Source: Vermamoeba vermiformis | Lineage: Eukaryota | NCBI GenBank assembly: GCA_045837725.1 | Contig: JBEWZL010000270.1 | Location: 310,001 to 369,786 of the forward strand | DNA: 59,786 nucleotides | Direction of reading: 5' to 3' | Shown here: in pieces, positions 58,846 to 59,786 of the stretch | How the letters are laid out: each line of letters begins with the position of its first letter | Position numbering within the stretch: position 1 is the stretch's first letter | The notes under the pieces: generated by a model | The model's input: only the letters and a program-made list of their open reading frames with translations | Told to the model about the DNA's origin: nothing | Databases searched by the model: none | Position numbers and translations under genes: made by a program

Positions 58846-59786
58846 TTATTTATCGTGTTTCAACAATTCAGCCCAATGTTTGTCGTATGGATGACCCATC
58901 AAGCTGAAAATATGCGTCCACATCTCCGACGGCATCAATTGAAACAAGTCACTGCGTCGTATATTATGAACGATGATTGCTGCATCGAGGTACAAATTTC
59001 TGTTGCGAGTGATGTACCCGTCAATAAATTTAAAGGTCTTGGCCGATCGTGCTGTCATCTTATTCTCGGTTATCTTGCACGACAACAGCTGGGAGTTGTT
59101 ACTGAGCGCTTTTTCTATCATTTTAAACTGGCCATTGTTATTCGCATTAGTGCAACCAATGGTGATGCTGCGCAAATTGCTGTTCGTGTTCAAAACGAGA
59201 ACCAATTCGTTCACGGACATGCCTGTAACGCTTAAAACTTGCAAAGTCTTGTTCTTGGCAAGTAATTTTGAGTACGGATTGAATTTTTTGTTCAGGTTGT
59301 ACACCTCGCCAAAACCGAAGCCATCAAGTGTCAAACTTGTCAAAGTGTCATTTTCGTACAACGACTGGCAGACATCGCTAACTGTTTTCTGGAATAGTTC
59401 ACCGGTCAATTTGAGCTTTGTGATCTTCTTATTAACTTTCAAGATGTCTCCTATCTTGCTTGTAGGTGAAGATAACGTCAGATCTGTGATCGAGCAATGA
59501 TCTTTGAGAACTGAAACAAGCTCCGGTGTAATTAAACTACCGTTAATTGTTGCTTCTAGTGATAGTACTTTCAGTCCTTGCTTGTTTTGAAAGTGCACTA
59601 TTGTCGGATTTACAACTTGATTTCCATTGATCAATTCTAACCTCGTCAAACTCTGCTTCAATAGTAATGCCGTGCAAAAACGTTCATATTCTTCGGTTGA
59701 TTCTAATGTGGAGGGCAATTTGTGTTTCAGACTTTTGAGCGTCTTATTGGGGAACAATGCAATAGCATTCGGCTCATTATTTATGA
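58846..59786 (-). CDS. RNI-like LRR family protein with C-terminal F-box-like tail; runs off the window edge
   Basis: LYENDTLTSLTL, LAKNKTLQVLSV; tail RNRNLYLDAAIIVHNIRRSDLFQLMPSEMWTHIFSLMGHPYDKHW. Confidence 0.8.
   Translation of the reverse strand, partial: INNEPNAIALFPNKTLKSLKHKLPSTLESTEEYERFCTALLLKQSLTRLELINGNQVVNPTIVHFQNKQGLKVLSLEATINGSLITPELVSVLKDHCSITDLTLSSPTSKIGDILKVNKKITKLKLTGELFQKTVSDVCQSLYENDTLTSLTLDGFGFGEVYNLNKKFNPYSKLLAKNKTLQVLSVTGMSVNELVLVLNTNSNLRSITIGCTNANNNGQFKMIEKALSNNSQLLSCKITENKMTARSAKTFKFIDGYITRNRNLYLDAAIIVHNIRRSDLFQLMPSEMWTHIFSLMGHPYDKHWAELLKHDK

Overview
Gene-dense, AT-rich eukaryotic (protist, amoeba-like) genomic DNA with short (mostly 45-60 nt) spliceosomal introns and standard genetic code. 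Positions 1-46 kb hold about 20 host genes: GPI-type Cys-repeat surface protein, two DUF4140/DUF4139 proteins, DCC-family oxidoreductase, chromate transporter, DUF547 protein, ankyrin protein, G1-like glutamic peptidase, primase large subunit, HSL-type esterase, Baeyer-Villiger monooxygenase, two F-box proteins, a GT32 glycosyltransferase and an expanded RNI-like LRR family with a C-terminal F-box-like tail. There is also a piggyBac-type MITE. The 46.7-58.5 kb segment is a three-level nest: an LRR gene is split by a young but decayed Ty3/Gypsy LTR retrotransposon, and its 3' LTR is split by a 5.2 kb Sola2-like DNA transposon. That transposon is the highlight. It encodes a chromodomain-fused DDE transposase and a divergent 8-exon gene for a ParB/Srx-like domain fused to a degenerate beta-class N6/N4 DNA methyltransferase fold. 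It also carries seven copies of a 21-bp palindrome (AAAAACGCG-N3-CGCGTTTTT), six of them inside its own introns. All family calls come from motif recognition by eye; no searches were run.
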